From the sequence record OP557969.1: a stretch of 64,000 bases of DNA; one strand, 5' to 3'. Positions 25,591 through 35,087 of this stretch are shown here, in pieces (positions within the stretch are counted from its first letter, which is position 1; the number at the start of each line of letters is the position of its first letter). The notes beneath the pieces are model-generated. The model was not told the DNA's origin and searched no databases. It worked only from the letters and a program-made list of their open reading frames with translations. Made by a program: the position numbers and the translations under genes.

Positions 25591-25799
25591 ATAGCATTAA
25601 CTCAAATCAATATACCGAACGCGTCGCTGCAAGGCAACTTGAAATCCTCATATTATATGAAGAGGCTGATGATTTGAACTTAGCATCAGTATTGGAAAAT
25701 GAAATACTATTGGGTGCATTCCTTGGTACTGACTATCAGGAGCATTTCTTGAATGAGTATATAGTTGCCCTCCAGAAATACATTAAGAGCAAACTATGA
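25587..25799 (+). CDS. family B paralog
   Basis: LGTDYQE. Confidence 0.85.
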   Translation: MNSINSNQYTERVAARQLEILILYEEADDLNLASVLENEILLGAFLGTDYQEHFLNEYIVALQKYIKSKL

Positions 25800-26014
25800 A
25801 ACATTTAAGTAATTACGAGAAGAATAAAATTATCGTTGCTGCAATAAACAAATATTTTACACTTCCTCACACAGAAGGTTTATGTGTAAGGGAACACAGG
25901 ATAAACACCACCGATATACGCATGATGGCTGTACTGGGGACTAACTTTCAGGAAGAGTATGTTGTTGCACACATAGTTGCCCTCACTGATTTAATAAGGG
26001 ACAAATGCAAATGA
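25796..26014 (+). CDS. family B paralog
   Basis: LGTNFQE. Confidence 0.85.
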   Translation: MKHLSNYEKNKIIVAAINKYFTLPHTEGLCVREHRINTTDIRMMAVLGTNFQEEYVVAHIVALTDLIRDKCK

Positions 26015-26229
26015 AAGACATAAACACTCAAGAATATCTTAAACGATTAGAACAAGGGAAGAACTTTAGACTTCAAGTTTACGATGATGAATCACTAACA
26101 TCCAATGAAAAGTATGTTTTACTAACAGACTCATCATTAATACCATTTGTGGGAACGAACTATCAGGAGGTTATGGTAGACAACCACATCACGGCCTTAA
26201 AATGTTATGTCAGGGATTTAGGTAAATGA
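26011..26229 (+). CDS. family B paralog
   Basis: VGTNYQE; ATGA coupling. Confidence 0.85.
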   Translation: MKDINTQEYLKRLEQGKNFRLQVYDDESLTSNEKYVLLTDSSLIPFVGTNYQEVMVDNHITALKCYVRDLGK

Positions 26230-26483
26230 AACACTTAACACTGGATGAATATGAAACTATAGTTCGTAAACTAACCCCTATAGCAAGGATAGTCTACGAT
26301 GACCCCAGCCTTACATGGAACCAAATGCGAGCTAAAGTTAATGAGCTATGGTTGTTGTACTTTATGGGGACTCAATATCAAGAGAAATATTGTACCGAGT
26401 ATATTGAACAACTAATGAATGTTATACAGGATAAACTAGATGATTATTGGCTCACAAAGCATGAAGATTTTATCAGGGGTTGA
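26226..26483 (+). CDS. family B paralog
   Basis: MGTQYQE. Confidence 0.85.
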   Translation: MKHLTLDEYETIVRKLTPIARIVYDDPSLTWNQMRAKVNELWLLYFMGTQYQEKYCTEYIEQLMNVIQDKLDDYWLTKHEDFIRG

Positions 26484-26727
26484 GTATCAGACTGCCCTCT
26501 TCTCTCTTCTAAACACCCTCCGCACGAACAATAAACTTTATAATTCCAGTACTGCTGATATTGTCAACGCTGATGTATATCTTAATAAATTTATAGGGAC
26601 TAACTATCAAGAACTGTTTGTTTTACGATATATCTCTACATTAAGAAACGAAATATCAGATAAAACCCGTCAAGCCAGAAGAGAATGGAAGAATGCGACA
26701 AAGACTAAATCACAAAATGTATTGTAA
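26461..26727 (+). CDS. family B paralog
   Basis: IGTNYQE; start moved to MKILS. Confidence 0.8.
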   Translation: MKILSGVEYQTALFSLLNTLRTNNKLYNSSTADIVNADVYLNKFIGTNYQELFVLRYISTLRNEISDKTRQARREWKNATKTKSQNVL

Positions 26728-26944
26728 ACTATTACAGGAACTGGCACAGAAACACTATGATACAATATCTTCCATATTACCCTATGATATCATGCGTTTA
26801 ATTCATAGTGAGGCAGAGATGTTAGTACTGATGACCGGTACTGATAAAATAGCAATCACCAGATCGATAGAGCAATATATTGATGCACACTGTCAATGTA
26901 TTAGAACTGAGATATGGAGGCGAGTAAATGAAAGTACTGAATGA
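26693..26944 (+). CDS. divergent family B paralog
   Basis: MTGTDK variant. Confidence 0.7.
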   Translation: MRQRLNHKMYCKLLQELAQKHYDTISSILPYDIMRLIHSEAEMLVLMTGTDKIAITRSIEQYIDAHCQCIRTEIWRRVNESTE

Positions 26945-27143
26945 GTTTCAGTATCATTGGAGGTTACAAGCAATAAGAGGGAAAGTTGTTAGTATTTCTT
27001 TAGACAAGTCTATTGCACAAGAGGACAAATGTGTTATAATAGCTGAAATGAAGTTGGGTGCTTTCGTAGGGACAAACTATCAAAACATCTACACAGACGT
27101 ATTATTAAGTGCCTTACGCAACAAGGTGTTATCCAGAGAATGA
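26928..27143 (+). CDS. family B paralog
   Basis: VGTNYQN. Confidence 0.85.
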   Translation: MKVLNEFQYHWRLQAIRGKVVSISLDKSIAQEDKCVIIAEMKLGAFVGTNYQNIYTDVLLSALRNKVLSRE

Positions 27144-27358
27144 GAAAATTAATAGGTTACGAATATGTTAAGCTTCTGAAAACCTGTAGTAGTAGCAGGG
27201 TAAAGATTCAATCTGATAAGAGCATCCCTGCCAACCTAAAACATGTAATGATAGCTGAACTCTATGCAGGGGCACTCATAGGGACAAACTATCAACAAAT
27301 GTATATAGACATGTGGGTTGATGCATTAGTCAAGGAGATCCGAAGTAAATGCAAATGA
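27140..27358 (+). CDS. family B paralog
   Basis: IGTNYQQ. Confidence 0.85.
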   Translation: MRKLIGYEYVKLLKTCSSSRVKIQSDKSIPANLKHVMIAELYAGALIGTNYQQMYIDMWVDALVKEIRSKCK

Positions 27359-27567
27359 TTAATTTAAGTAAAGATGAATATTATGTTCGTCTTGCAAAAA
27401 CTTATCCAGCACGTAACGCCGTTTATAATAGTAACATTATTGAACGCTCAAAGAAGTTGATCGTAGTAAATGAGATTAAGATGCTTTCAGTCTTAGGAAC
27501 AAACTATCAAGAGAAAGCTGTACTGTTGTTAATTGATGCCCTCAAGAGAGAGATACAAAGTAAATGA
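27355..27567 (+). CDS. family B paralog
   Basis: LGTNYQE. Confidence 0.85.
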   Translation: MINLSKDEYYVRLAKTYPARNAVYNSNIIERSKKLIVVNEIKMLSVLGTNYQEKAVLLLIDALKREIQSK

Positions 27568-27800
27568 TTCATTTATCTTACCATGAATATCAAAAACGTT
27601 TAAATGCATCAAGGAATATAAGGATTCAAATCTTCAATAATAAAAGATTGAAATCTGAAGCCAAAAAAATCAAAATGATAGAAGCAGAGTTATGCAACTT
27701 CCTGGGGACGAACTATCAGGATGATAAGGTAACAAACTATCTTAGAGAACTAATGATTAGTATCAAGAGTAAATGCAATGCTTTGGAGAATAAAAAATGA
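27564..27800 (+). CDS. family B paralog
   Basis: LGTNYQD. Confidence 0.85.
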   Translation: MIHLSYHEYQKRLNASRNIRIQIFNNKRLKSEAKKIKMIEAELCNFLGTNYQDDKVTNYLRELMISIKSKCNALENKK

Positions 27801-28054
27801 TCAATTTAAGTAAAGATGAATATACCGAGCGTATGACAAAAATTACGCACAAACGTAATACAATCTATCACAACCAAGAAATTCAACACAGTAAGAAAAT
27901 GATCATGATGCGTGAGTTAAAGATGGGTGTATTCTTGGGAACAAACTATCAAGAGCCAGAAGTAAATCGCTTAATTGCTGAGTTACTAATGGAAATCAAA
28001 GGTAAGCTGTACTTTTATCAAATGACCCAACCACTGAGGTGTACTGAACGATGA
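27797..28054 (+). CDS. family B paralog
   Basis: LGTNYQE. Confidence 0.85.
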   Translation: MINLSKDEYTERMTKITHKRNTIYHNQEIQHSKKMIMMRELKMGVFLGTNYQEPEVNRLIAELLMEIKGKLYFYQMTQPLRCTER

Positions 28055-28311
28055 GTACTATGAGTACTATGAATAAAATTAATAACATCAGATTATCAGA
28101 AAGATTTGATAGAATTGGTGAAGCCAGTAGAAGATACAATAGGGAATATGGTCATTTAAGCTTTTCTTTGGAAAAGAGATATGAACTTGAAGCAGAGTTT
28201 AAAATGCAGAGTCTCTTAGGTACACAGTACCAAGATCATTATGTAGAAAATTGGATTTCACTTCTAATCCAATCAATTTATGTAAGGAGTATTAAATGCA
28301 AAATGGAATGA
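28051..28311 (+). CDS. family B paralog
   Basis: LGTQYQD. Confidence 0.85.
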   Translation: MSTMSTMNKINNIRLSERFDRIGEASRRYNREYGHLSFSLEKRYELEAEFKMQSLLGTQYQDHYVENWISLLIQSIYVRSIKCKME

Positions 28312-28526
28312 TATACTTAACCAACGAAGAATTTCAAGAAAAAATGATTAAATCAGGTAAGATTACTCTTGAACATATACCAAATCAATCAGTATATGAA
28401 GTAGCAGCGAATGTATTGTTTCAGAAGCTACCTTACTTTCTGGGAACAGATAAACAAGAATTTTTGGTACAAAATATGATTGAGCATCTTCTAATGAGTA
28501 TTAGGGAAAAAGTAAATGCAACATGA
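28308..28526 (+). CDS. family B paralog
   Basis: LGTDKQE. Confidence 0.85.
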   Translation: MIYLTNEEFQEKMIKSGKITLEHIPNQSVYEVAANVLFQKLPYFLGTDKQEFLVQNMIEHLLMSIREKVNAT

Positions 28527-28776
28527 AATTATATACTTAACACATGATGAGTTAAAAGAAAGACTAGATAAATCCAAAAGACTTACAAATCAACTTCCTC
28601 ACAACCCAAACCAAACCCCAGCGGAAAGGAGTGCAGAAGTTTTATTCCAGTCTTTGTCATACCTTCTTGGAACTGATAGGCAGGAGTATCACGTTGAACG
28701 TATAATTAAATATCTTAAAATTACTATTCAGGAAAAGATATATGAACATCAATATAAAAATCTTGACGGTCAATGA
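28516..28776 (+). CDS. family B paralog
   Basis: LGTDRQE. Confidence 0.85.
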   Translation: MQHEIIYLTHDELKERLDKSKRLTNQLPHNPNQTPAERSAEVLFQSLSYLLGTDRQEYHVERIIKYLKITIQEKIYEHQYKNLDGQ

Positions 28777-28993
28777 ATATCATAATATTATAATGAAGAC
28801 TAATAGTGCAATTTCTAAAAAATCAAATCCAAAATACATACTGGAGCACACATTTGAAGAACGTCAATTAGCTTTAGTTGAAGCAAAACTTCTTGCACTC
28901 CTAGGAACAAACTATCAAGAAGAGTACGTTAGAAAACTAATATACCTTTTAACTAAACACATCAGGAAAAGAAATGCAGTACTTGACCGATGA
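28742..28993 (+). CDS. family B paralog
   Basis: LGTNYQE. Confidence 0.85.
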   Translation: MNINIKILTVNEYHNIIMKTNSAISKKSNPKYILEHTFEERQLALVEAKLLALLGTNYQEEYVRKLIYLLTKHIRKRNAVLDR

Positions 28994-29183
28994 CGAATAC
29001 GGTGTTATCATCCTTGATGTTATCAATAAAGAATACCACAGGAAACAACGTTACGCTTGTTATGAAGATAAGCAGCTTTCTATAGCTGAACAACAATTAG
29101 TTCATTTATTAGGAACAAACTATCAAGAACAATGCACTGAACGTTACCTGTATCTTCTGTCGAGGAAAGCACAAAGATTATGA
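28974..29183 (+). CDS. family B paralog
   Basis: LGTNYQE. Confidence 0.85.
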   Translation: MQYLTDDEYGVIILDVINKEYHRKQRYACYEDKQLSIAEQQLVHLLGTNYQEQCTERYLYLLSRKAQRL

Positions 29184-29395
29184 AAATTTTAAGCCACAGT
29201 GAACAAACAGAATTGTTAATCTTTAATACAAGTAAATTCTTAAACATAACATTGTCTGATATAGATGAGGATGAAAAAGAGTTACTTAGAGCAGATTTAA
29301 GAGTTCTTTTATATATTGGAACTAACTTCCAAGAGCAATTCGTCGAGGACTACATCGATGAACTAAAGTCTGCTATCCAACGGAAATACAAATGA
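29180..29395 (+). CDS. family B paralog
   Basis: IGTNFQE. Confidence 0.85.
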   Translation: MKILSHSEQTELLIFNTSKFLNITLSDIDEDEKELLRADLRVLLYIGTNFQEQFVEDYIDELKSAIQRKYK

Positions 29396-29628
29396 AAATT
29401 CTTTCAAGTTCTGAATACCACGAACTATTAAGTAGTTTAATTCTAAAGTTGTTTATAACAAAAAGCACAAAATTACCGGATGAAGAAGTACGTGTTCTAG
29501 TAAGTGAAGTATATGTTAAAGCTACTCTAGGAACTAATTATCAAGAATGTAATATTAATGATTATATCAATGATCTAAAAAGGTATATACAAAACAAATG
29601 CGAATCATTACCGAAGAAGAATACCTAA
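29392..29628 (+). CDS. family B paralog
   Basis: LGTNYQE; close to 29598. Confidence 0.85.
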   Translation: MKILSSSEYHELLSSLILKLFITKSTKLPDEEVRVLVSEVYVKATLGTNYQECNINDYINDLKRYIQNKCESLPKKNT

Positions 29629-29834
29629 CAATCATAAATGGACTATTTTTGAAGTTATTTGCCATTAACACATCAAAAATACCAGATACTGATAAAATTA
29701 TTAAGTTAAATGAAATCTACGTTCAAGCTACTCTAGGAACTAACTATCAAGATGCCAATATGTATAATTACATTAATACACTCAAAAGGGTAATAAAATT
29801 AAAATGTACAAACAGCCAATACACAAACCTCTAG
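29598..29834 (+). CDS. family B paralog
   Basis: LGTNYQD. Confidence 0.85.
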   Translation: MRIITEEEYLTIINGLFLKLFAINTSKIPDTDKIIKLNEIYVQATLGTNYQDANMYNYINTLKRVIKLKCTNSQYTNL

Positions 29835-30034
29835 GAACAGCAGAATACATTGAACTAATGGCAGCAAACTTCTCATCCTTTCAGAAACTGATGCAAGAAT
29901 CAAATAATGATTTAGAATATCATATCAAAAGTTCAGATTTAAGATTGCTACTCACTCTAGGAACAGACAGTCAGTACCAATTCGTACAGGAACATATTAG
30001 AGCACTTTTAAATGGCATCAGGGATAAACTATGA
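29804..30034 (+). CDS. family B paralog
   Basis: LGTDSQY. Confidence 0.8.
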   Translation: MYKQPIHKPLGTAEYIELMAANFSSFQKLMQESNNDLEYHIKSSDLRLLLTLGTDSQYQFVQEHIRALLNGIRDKL

Positions 30035-30246
30035 AGGTAATATCAAACCAAGAGTACTTGGCACTATTCAGAAAAAATAGTCAAGAATTTCTGAATATTG
30101 ATATGAGGACTGATATAAGTGAACTTCAGAAAAATCTTTTGCGTTCAGAGATGATAGTACTGACACTCTTAGGAACACAGCATCAAGAGAGAACTGTTGA
30201 TTCATATATTGAGATTCTTAAGAAGCTTATACAGGAAAAACTATGA
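30031..30246 (+). CDS. family B paralog
   Basis: LGTQHQE. Confidence 0.85.
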   Translation: MKVISNQEYLALFRKNSQEFLNIDMRTDISELQKNLLRSEMIVLTLLGTQHQERTVDSYIEILKKLIQEKL

Positions 30247-30464
30247 GAATCATAACACAAACAGACATATTTAAGTTAGCAAGGGAACATACATCTGAAA
30301 TTGATGCTATAGTATCAAAAAGTTACAATGACCCTTATACACAAGATGTACACTACAATGAATTATGGGTGTATATACTTTTAGGTACAAATTATCAAGA
30401 GTACGCATTACAGAAGTATTTGTTAGCTTTACGTGATGCTACTGCTAATGGAGTGATTGTTTAA
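30243..30464 (+). CDS. family B paralog
   Basis: LGTNYQE. Confidence 0.85.
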   Translation: MRIITQTDIFKLAREHTSEIDAIVSKSYNDPYTQDVHYNELWVYILLGTNYQEYALQKYLLALRDATANGVIV

Positions 30465-30465
30465 T

Positions 30466-30708
30466 ATGAAAGTACTATCTGAATTACAAATGGGACAGAG
30501 ATTTAATAAGTACTATCATTTACTGAAACCTATACAGAGGATTAAATGTTCTTATGATGAGAAACAGGTTTTAATTTATGAGCACAAGTTCTTTGTATCA
30601 TTAGGTACGAATCATCAAGAGTACTATTTGAAGTTGTACTTGATTACATTAATAGATTTAATTCACTATAAAACCAAACAAGCTAATAAAGAGAAATATG
30701 AAAACTAA
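30466..30708 (+). CDS. family B paralog
   Basis: LGTNHQE. Confidence 0.85.
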   Translation: MKVLSELQMGQRFNKYYHLLKPIQRIKCSYDEKQVLIYEHKFFVSLGTNHQEYYLKLYLITLIDLIHYKTKQANKEKYEN

Positions 30709-31042
30709 TATACAACTCAAGGTGTATAAATCCTATGAACATATATATATCAAAAGTAGTCTATGTAGAGATGTAATGGACTACAAGGGTAAGCCATTCA
30801 CAATTACGTATGATTCTTATATTAATGATTTATATATATCATTTGTTAATTACGAAAATAAAATATACAAGCACGTTGATATTAAAGATTTAAGTACTTT
30901 ATCTGAAGAGGAATACTTTCAAGAATCATTAGTATGGGATTTAGAATTTCCTATGCCATTAGTACATAAAATGATAGTACTAATGAAAGAAGCTAAACAG
31001 AAGCCTAATGGTGATTATGAAGAACACATCGTTGAGTATTAA
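30698..31042 (+). CDS. family C paralog (short type)
   Basis: LSEEEYFQESLVWD. Confidence 0.85.
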   Translation: MKTNIQLKVYKSYEHIYIKSSLCRDVMDYKGKPFTITYDSYINDLYISFVNYENKIYKHVDIKDLSTLSEEEYFQESLVWDLEFPMPLVHKMIVLMKEAKQKPNGDYEEHIVEY

Positions 31043-31258
31043 ATGAAAAGATTATCATACAAAGATTACACCAATCTTATCAGGACTTTACAACCAGAAA
31101 TTAGAAGAATTAATTCTCTTCCTATATCTAATGAAGAATGTTCAGTACTGAAAGATGAGTTAATCTTAAAACACACAGTAGGAACAAACTATCAAGCTGA
31201 TAGTGTTCGATATTTAATTTGGGGGTTGATGTGTCAAATAAAGTCCAAGTGCTATTGA
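31043..31258 (+). CDS. family B paralog
   Basis: VGTNYQA. Confidence 0.85.
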   Translation: MKRLSYKDYTNLIRTLQPEIRRINSLPISNEECSVLKDELILKHTVGTNYQADSVRYLIWGLMCQIKSKCY

Positions 31259-31322
31259 CAGTACTTGACGGAGCTTTTCATTACTGATATAGTACACTAA
31301 CGTTAATCATAGGGTAGAAATT

Positions 31323-31568
31323 ATGTTAAAATTTTTAAATTTCCTTATCGTCTTGTGTATTGTTCTTGGGATTGCACCGTTTGTACTGGTGTATATGGAT
31401 TCAGATGAAATGCAAAAGATGAATTGCACAAGGACAGGACAGAGTAGAGAAGAGACGATTCTTATGCCTGTTACGGTTATTGTTAACAACATGCCCATTA
31501 CAAACATGGTCCCTACCCTAACGACAACGTACCAGTACTCTTGTACAGACGGGGAGAGGTGGAGATAA
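31323..31568 (+). CDS. N-terminally anchored membrane protein
   Basis: hydrophobic N-terminus, two Cys; upstream TTGAC promoter. Confidence 0.75.
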   Translation: MLKFLNFLIVLCIVLGIAPFVLVYMDSDEMQKMNCTRTGQSREETILMPVTVIVNNMPITNMVPTLTTTYQYSCTDGERWR

Positions 31569-31891
31569 TGCGTAAGTTCAATTGTATTGTACGTAAGAAT
31601 TCATGTTATATTGTAGTAGCTGATTTTAATACAGGTTCTGGGTTGAAGATATTTGAGTACAGAAAATGTAATAATTCTTTTCATTGGAAATTAGGTGCAA
31701 GAAAAACAAAAACAATTTCAGTACCGAATTTATGTTCTATCTCTGAAGAAGAAGAGTTTCAGTACATGTTAGTACATGATGTTTCTTTAGGATTTACATT
31801 TGGAGATATGAAGGAAGTACAAAAGCAGATGATTGCACATTGTCATCTTCCAAAGAATTTTGTTCAACACGTATGTGAATTCCACATATAA
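31568..31891 (+). CDS. family C paralog (short type)
   Basis: ISEEEEFQYMLVHD. Confidence 0.8.
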   Translation: MRKFNCIVRKNSCYIVVADFNTGSGLKIFEYRKCNNSFHWKLGARKTKTISVPNLCSISEEEEFQYMLVHDVSLGFTFGDMKEVQKQMIAHCHLPKNFVQHVCEFHI

Positions 31892-31900
31892 GAGAATAAT

Positions 31901-32212
31901 ATGAAATTTAATATAGCAAAAACATCGAGTATATGTATTTTTGGTTATGCAGAAGAGTTAGGTGATATTGACATTCTTTTGTACAAAAAGGATGGTGTTA
32001 TGCATTTCAAGTACCAAGATGAAGAGGCAGACAATTATCCTTTACCTAATTTAGTACAAATACAGGAAGAGGAATTATTCCAGTACAGTTTAGTATACGA
32101 CATTGATATTTGCACGATGCCAGTATTAATTAATATACAAAAAGTGATGCTCGATATGTATGATAAGCTAATACAAGGTATGTCAGGGAGGATCATTGAA
32201 ATCGATATATAA
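31901..32212 (+). CDS. family C paralog (short type)
   Basis: IQEEELFQYSLVYD. Confidence 0.85.
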   Translation: MKFNIAKTSSICIFGYAEELGDIDILLYKKDGVMHFKYQDEEADNYPLPNLVQIQEEELFQYSLVYDIDICTMPVLINIQKVMLDMYDKLIQGMSGRIIEIDI

Positions 32213-32408
32213 GAATTTACCTAATGCATATATGTTGAAGTACAAAGAGTTTATTAAAGATGTATATGTAGATCCTTTCAATATAAAATTATCAGAGTTC
32301 GATGTATTATTTTATCTAGGGACAATAGTACAGGACCAATACGTTAATAATCTAATAAGGTGTTTGAAAAAGGAGATACAATGCAGACCCAAATGTACAA
32401 AAAAATAA
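32196..32408 (+). CDS. family B paralog
   Basis: LGTIVQD. Confidence 0.75.
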   Translation: MKSIYKNLPNAYMLKYKEFIKDVYVDPFNIKLSEFDVLFYLGTIVQDQYVNNLIRCLKKEIQCRPKCTKK

Positions 32409-32644
32409 ACCGTTATTTGTATGCATCAAAGTACAGGGATTTTTGTTTACAAGGAGGTGAGGACGATTTCGGTCTGAGGTTATCGGAATTTAATATGTTA
32501 TTTTATCTTGGTACATCCGTACAAGAAGAAATGGTTCAGAAATTTCTCAATAACCTTGTACAAAAAATTAATATTCAAATTATGATGCATAAATTACAGA
32601 ATGAGATAAATGAATATGAATCTAGAAATAGTTCAGGATCTTAA
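32381..32644 (+). CDS. family B paralog
   Basis: LGTSVQE. Confidence 0.8.
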   Translation: MQTQMYKKINRYLYASKYRDFCLQGGEDDFGLRLSEFNMLFYLGTSVQEEMVQKFLNNLVQKINIQIMMHKLQNEINEYESRNSSGS

Positions 32645-33005
32645 AAAAGTAATATTTCTTTTGAATACAAGAAGCTCTTTATATAAGGAGTTCAAAGATA
32701 AGGATAGTTCTTTTAAACCAGTATGTATAGAATTCAATGATTTAATTACAGATGCATTGTTTGAATTTTCCGAGAAATATCAAGATACAGTGTTTGGTGT
32801 TAGGAATGCTATTCATCCAATTACAGGCACAAGGAAGATAACGTTATCTCATTTTACATTTGACAATAAAGATTTATTCAGTTATAATCCCAGTACATCT
32901 TTATATTTTATTCCAAAAGGAGACAAGAATAGTCCGATTCATTACGGATGGATTATATCTTATGTAGTGCAAGGAAAGGAGTATCCTATCAAATGGCACG
33001 ATTAG
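32610..33005 (+). CDS. hypothetical protein
   Basis: 131-aa coupled ORF. Confidence 0.7.
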   Translation: MNMNLEIVQDLKKVIFLLNTRSSLYKEFKDKDSSFKPVCIEFNDLITDALFEFSEKYQDTVFGVRNAIHPITGTRKITLSHFTFDNKDLFSYNPSTSLYFIPKGDKNSPIHYGWIISYVVQGKEYPIKWHD

Positions 33006-33145
33006 GACAGGAAGATTATAGTTTAAATATATTATTAAGAAATATTAATGCGGATTATTGTGTATGGGTTAAGAATCGAGACATGATGTATTATGATTTT
33101 TATTTAGATTATGCCATCAAACGCTTTTTAAGAGAAGAATATTAA
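32993..33145 (+). CDS. small hypothetical protein
   Basis: AAGGAG RBS before MARLG. Confidence 0.55.
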   Translation: MARLGQEDYSLNILLRNINADYCVWVKNRDMMYYDFYLDYAIKRFLREEY

Positions 33146-33329
33146 TGAAAGTGGTTAATACAAAAGCAATAAATGATTTAAATGATTCTTTATTAGTAAG
33201 TATTAAGTTGTATTATAATATTCATTTAAAGGGTGGTATTAACGATTTTAGTTATTACTTAAGTGCAATATCACAAGAGCATTTAAATTATCAAGATCAT
33301 TTATTACATCCAAATCATTAAGGCAAATT

Positions 33330-33890
33330 ATGAATGAGATAGAGTTATTATCACACAAGATTAGTACAATAGCTACAGTACTGAACAACAAAAATAAAGT
33401 ACATAGTTCCTTTTTAAGAATTAATAAAGTTGGTAGTAGTTTATATTTGGAAGTAAAAGCGGGTTTTGCAGGACAGTACAATGATAAAATCAAAGAAGAA
33501 GTTAAGGGAAATGAAGATGCTTTCATTGAGGTTTGTGCAACAGTTGGTTCAAATCCAATTTCAGTATCACCGTTAATGCGAAATGAAAATTCAGAATTTG
33601 ATTCCAGTTTCGAAGGTTATTTGTGGTACAATTATGGTGATAATTATTTTATATATCAGAATTCCAAAACGAATTATAGTGAAGAAGGTATAAAATTCAT
33701 TGATCCTTACAATGAAGCAGAAGTATTTCAGAAATCCCTAATATACAATACAAATCAAATGAAGTATCTTATGTTGTTTAGTACAATGCATTTGAATCCA
33801 TTGAAAGATAATTTAAAATTTTTCATTCGTTTAGAATTAGTTGATATTACTTATGATCTTTTAATCCAAGGAAGTAGTTATGAAGTATAA
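33330..33890 (+). CDS. family C paralog (long type)
   Basis: NEAEVFQKSLIYN. Confidence 0.8.
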   Translation: MNEIELLSHKISTIATVLNNKNKVHSSFLRINKVGSSLYLEVKAGFAGQYNDKIKEEVKGNEDAFIEVCATVGSNPISVSPLMRNENSEFDSSFEGYLWYNYGDNYFIYQNSKTNYSEEGIKFIDPYNEAEVFQKSLIYNTNQMKYLMLFSTMHLNPLKDNLKFFIRLELVDITYDLLIQGSSYEV

Positions 33891-34194
33891 AATGATGTAT
33901 ACACCATCATTAGTATATGTAGAATTAGAATCAAATGATAATGGGTGGAATTTCATTAAACATATCGATACCAATACATGGTACATGGCTCACTTGGATA
34001 ATAATGTGGTATCAGACCATTTTATGGATTTCAATATCTTAGATGAAGATGAATTTTTCCAAATGCAATTGGTGCTTGACACAAATGGTTTTGATATGGT
34101 ATTATTAAAGAATATACAGAAAGCTGTTGATGAATTAATAGCTGAACATAATTTGAGCGAAATAAGGATTAGTTATGACCTCGAAGTACTGTGA
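33880..34194 (+). CDS. family C paralog (short type)
   Basis: LDEDEFFQMQLVLD. Confidence 0.8.
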   Translation: MKYKMMYTPSLVYVELESNDNGWNFIKHIDTNTWYMAHLDNNVVSDHFMDFNILDEDEFFQMQLVLDTNGFDMVLLKNIQKAVDELIAEHNLSEIRISYDLEVL

Positions 34195-34525
34195 GTTTGA
34201 AATTAATAAGTTAAGAGAATGGTTTTATAATATTGAAATTGAGGCCATTCCTTATCATACATATGAACAAAGTGATTTACAATGTATTGATATTAGGGAG
34301 TTGTACAAATATTATCAAAGTGCGTTAGAGATGCATAAATTATTTTTGAGTACGGATTTCTTTATGCAGTATAATTTTGAGGAATATAATAATTATAACT
34401 TAGTACAGAAATACGTAGTAGCAAAGTACATGTACATTCAAGGTATTAAAGGTTGTATTGAATTCAATACTGTTCTTGCTTTAGTTGAGGTAATTTTATG
34501 TACAGCATGTGCATATCTAATTTAG
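34175..34525 (+). CDS. hypothetical protein
   Basis: coupled ORF. Confidence 0.7.
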   Translation: MTSKYCEFEINKLREWFYNIEIEAIPYHTYEQSDLQCIDIRELYKYYQSALEMHKLFLSTDFFMQYNFEEYNNYNLVQKYVVAKYMYIQGIKGCIEFNTVLALVEVILCTACAYLI

Positions 34526-35016
34526 AGTTTAGTTTAGATGCAGCCTTTAAATTTGCACATAAGATAGAAACAATATATAGTTTTTTTAGTGAAGTTTATG
34601 AAGTTTGTGCTAAACGATATATCGATACAATAGACATTAGCAATAAGTTCGATGTATGGCACAAAACAATCCAAAGCAAAAAGCAGTGTGCAGCAGTTTT
34701 TAGTGTTTTATCATTTAATCCCAGCAATTGTTACCCAGAGAAGCATGAACGTTATCCCAATGACGACATGTGGTTTGTGTACAAAGAAGATGCTGATATG
34801 TCGTCATTTGAAGTTCCTGATAATTTTGATATCAGTGATTTAACAGAAGAGTGGTGGTTCCAGCAGAATTTAGTACATGATGATATTGATTTATTTTTCT
34901 ATATCGTGTTCAAAATACTTTATCACAACAATATAGTTAAAGATAGTGTATCGTTTTCATGTCTATATATTGATGAGTTGTTCGAAGATATCAAAAATCT
35001 CAAGCCTGTATCGTAA
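34498..35016 (+). CDS. family C paralog (long type)
   Basis: LTEEWWFQQNLVHD. Confidence 0.8.
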   Translation: MYSMCISNLEFSLDAAFKFAHKIETIYSFFSEVYEVCAKRYIDTIDISNKFDVWHKTIQSKKQCAAVFSVLSFNPSNCYPEKHERYPNDDMWFVYKEDADMSSFEVPDNFDISDLTEEWWFQQNLVHDDIDLFFYIVFKILYHNNIVKDSVSFSCLYIDELFEDIKNLKPVS

Positions 35017-35031
35017 GATATGGGCTTTTTT
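35002..35031 (+). terminator. intrinsic terminator
   Basis: AAGCCTGTATC-GTAA-GATATGGGCTT and T-run. Confidence 0.75.
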
Positions 35032-35087
35032 GTTTGACTCAAGTACAAATGAATGGTACAATGTGAAATCATTTTAAGGAGAACCCT

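Noticed and set aside
24757-31258. Diversity-generating retroelement acting on family B
   Set aside because: No reverse transcriptase is in the window, and differences between close paralogs (25378 vs 25587) are not adenine-specific.
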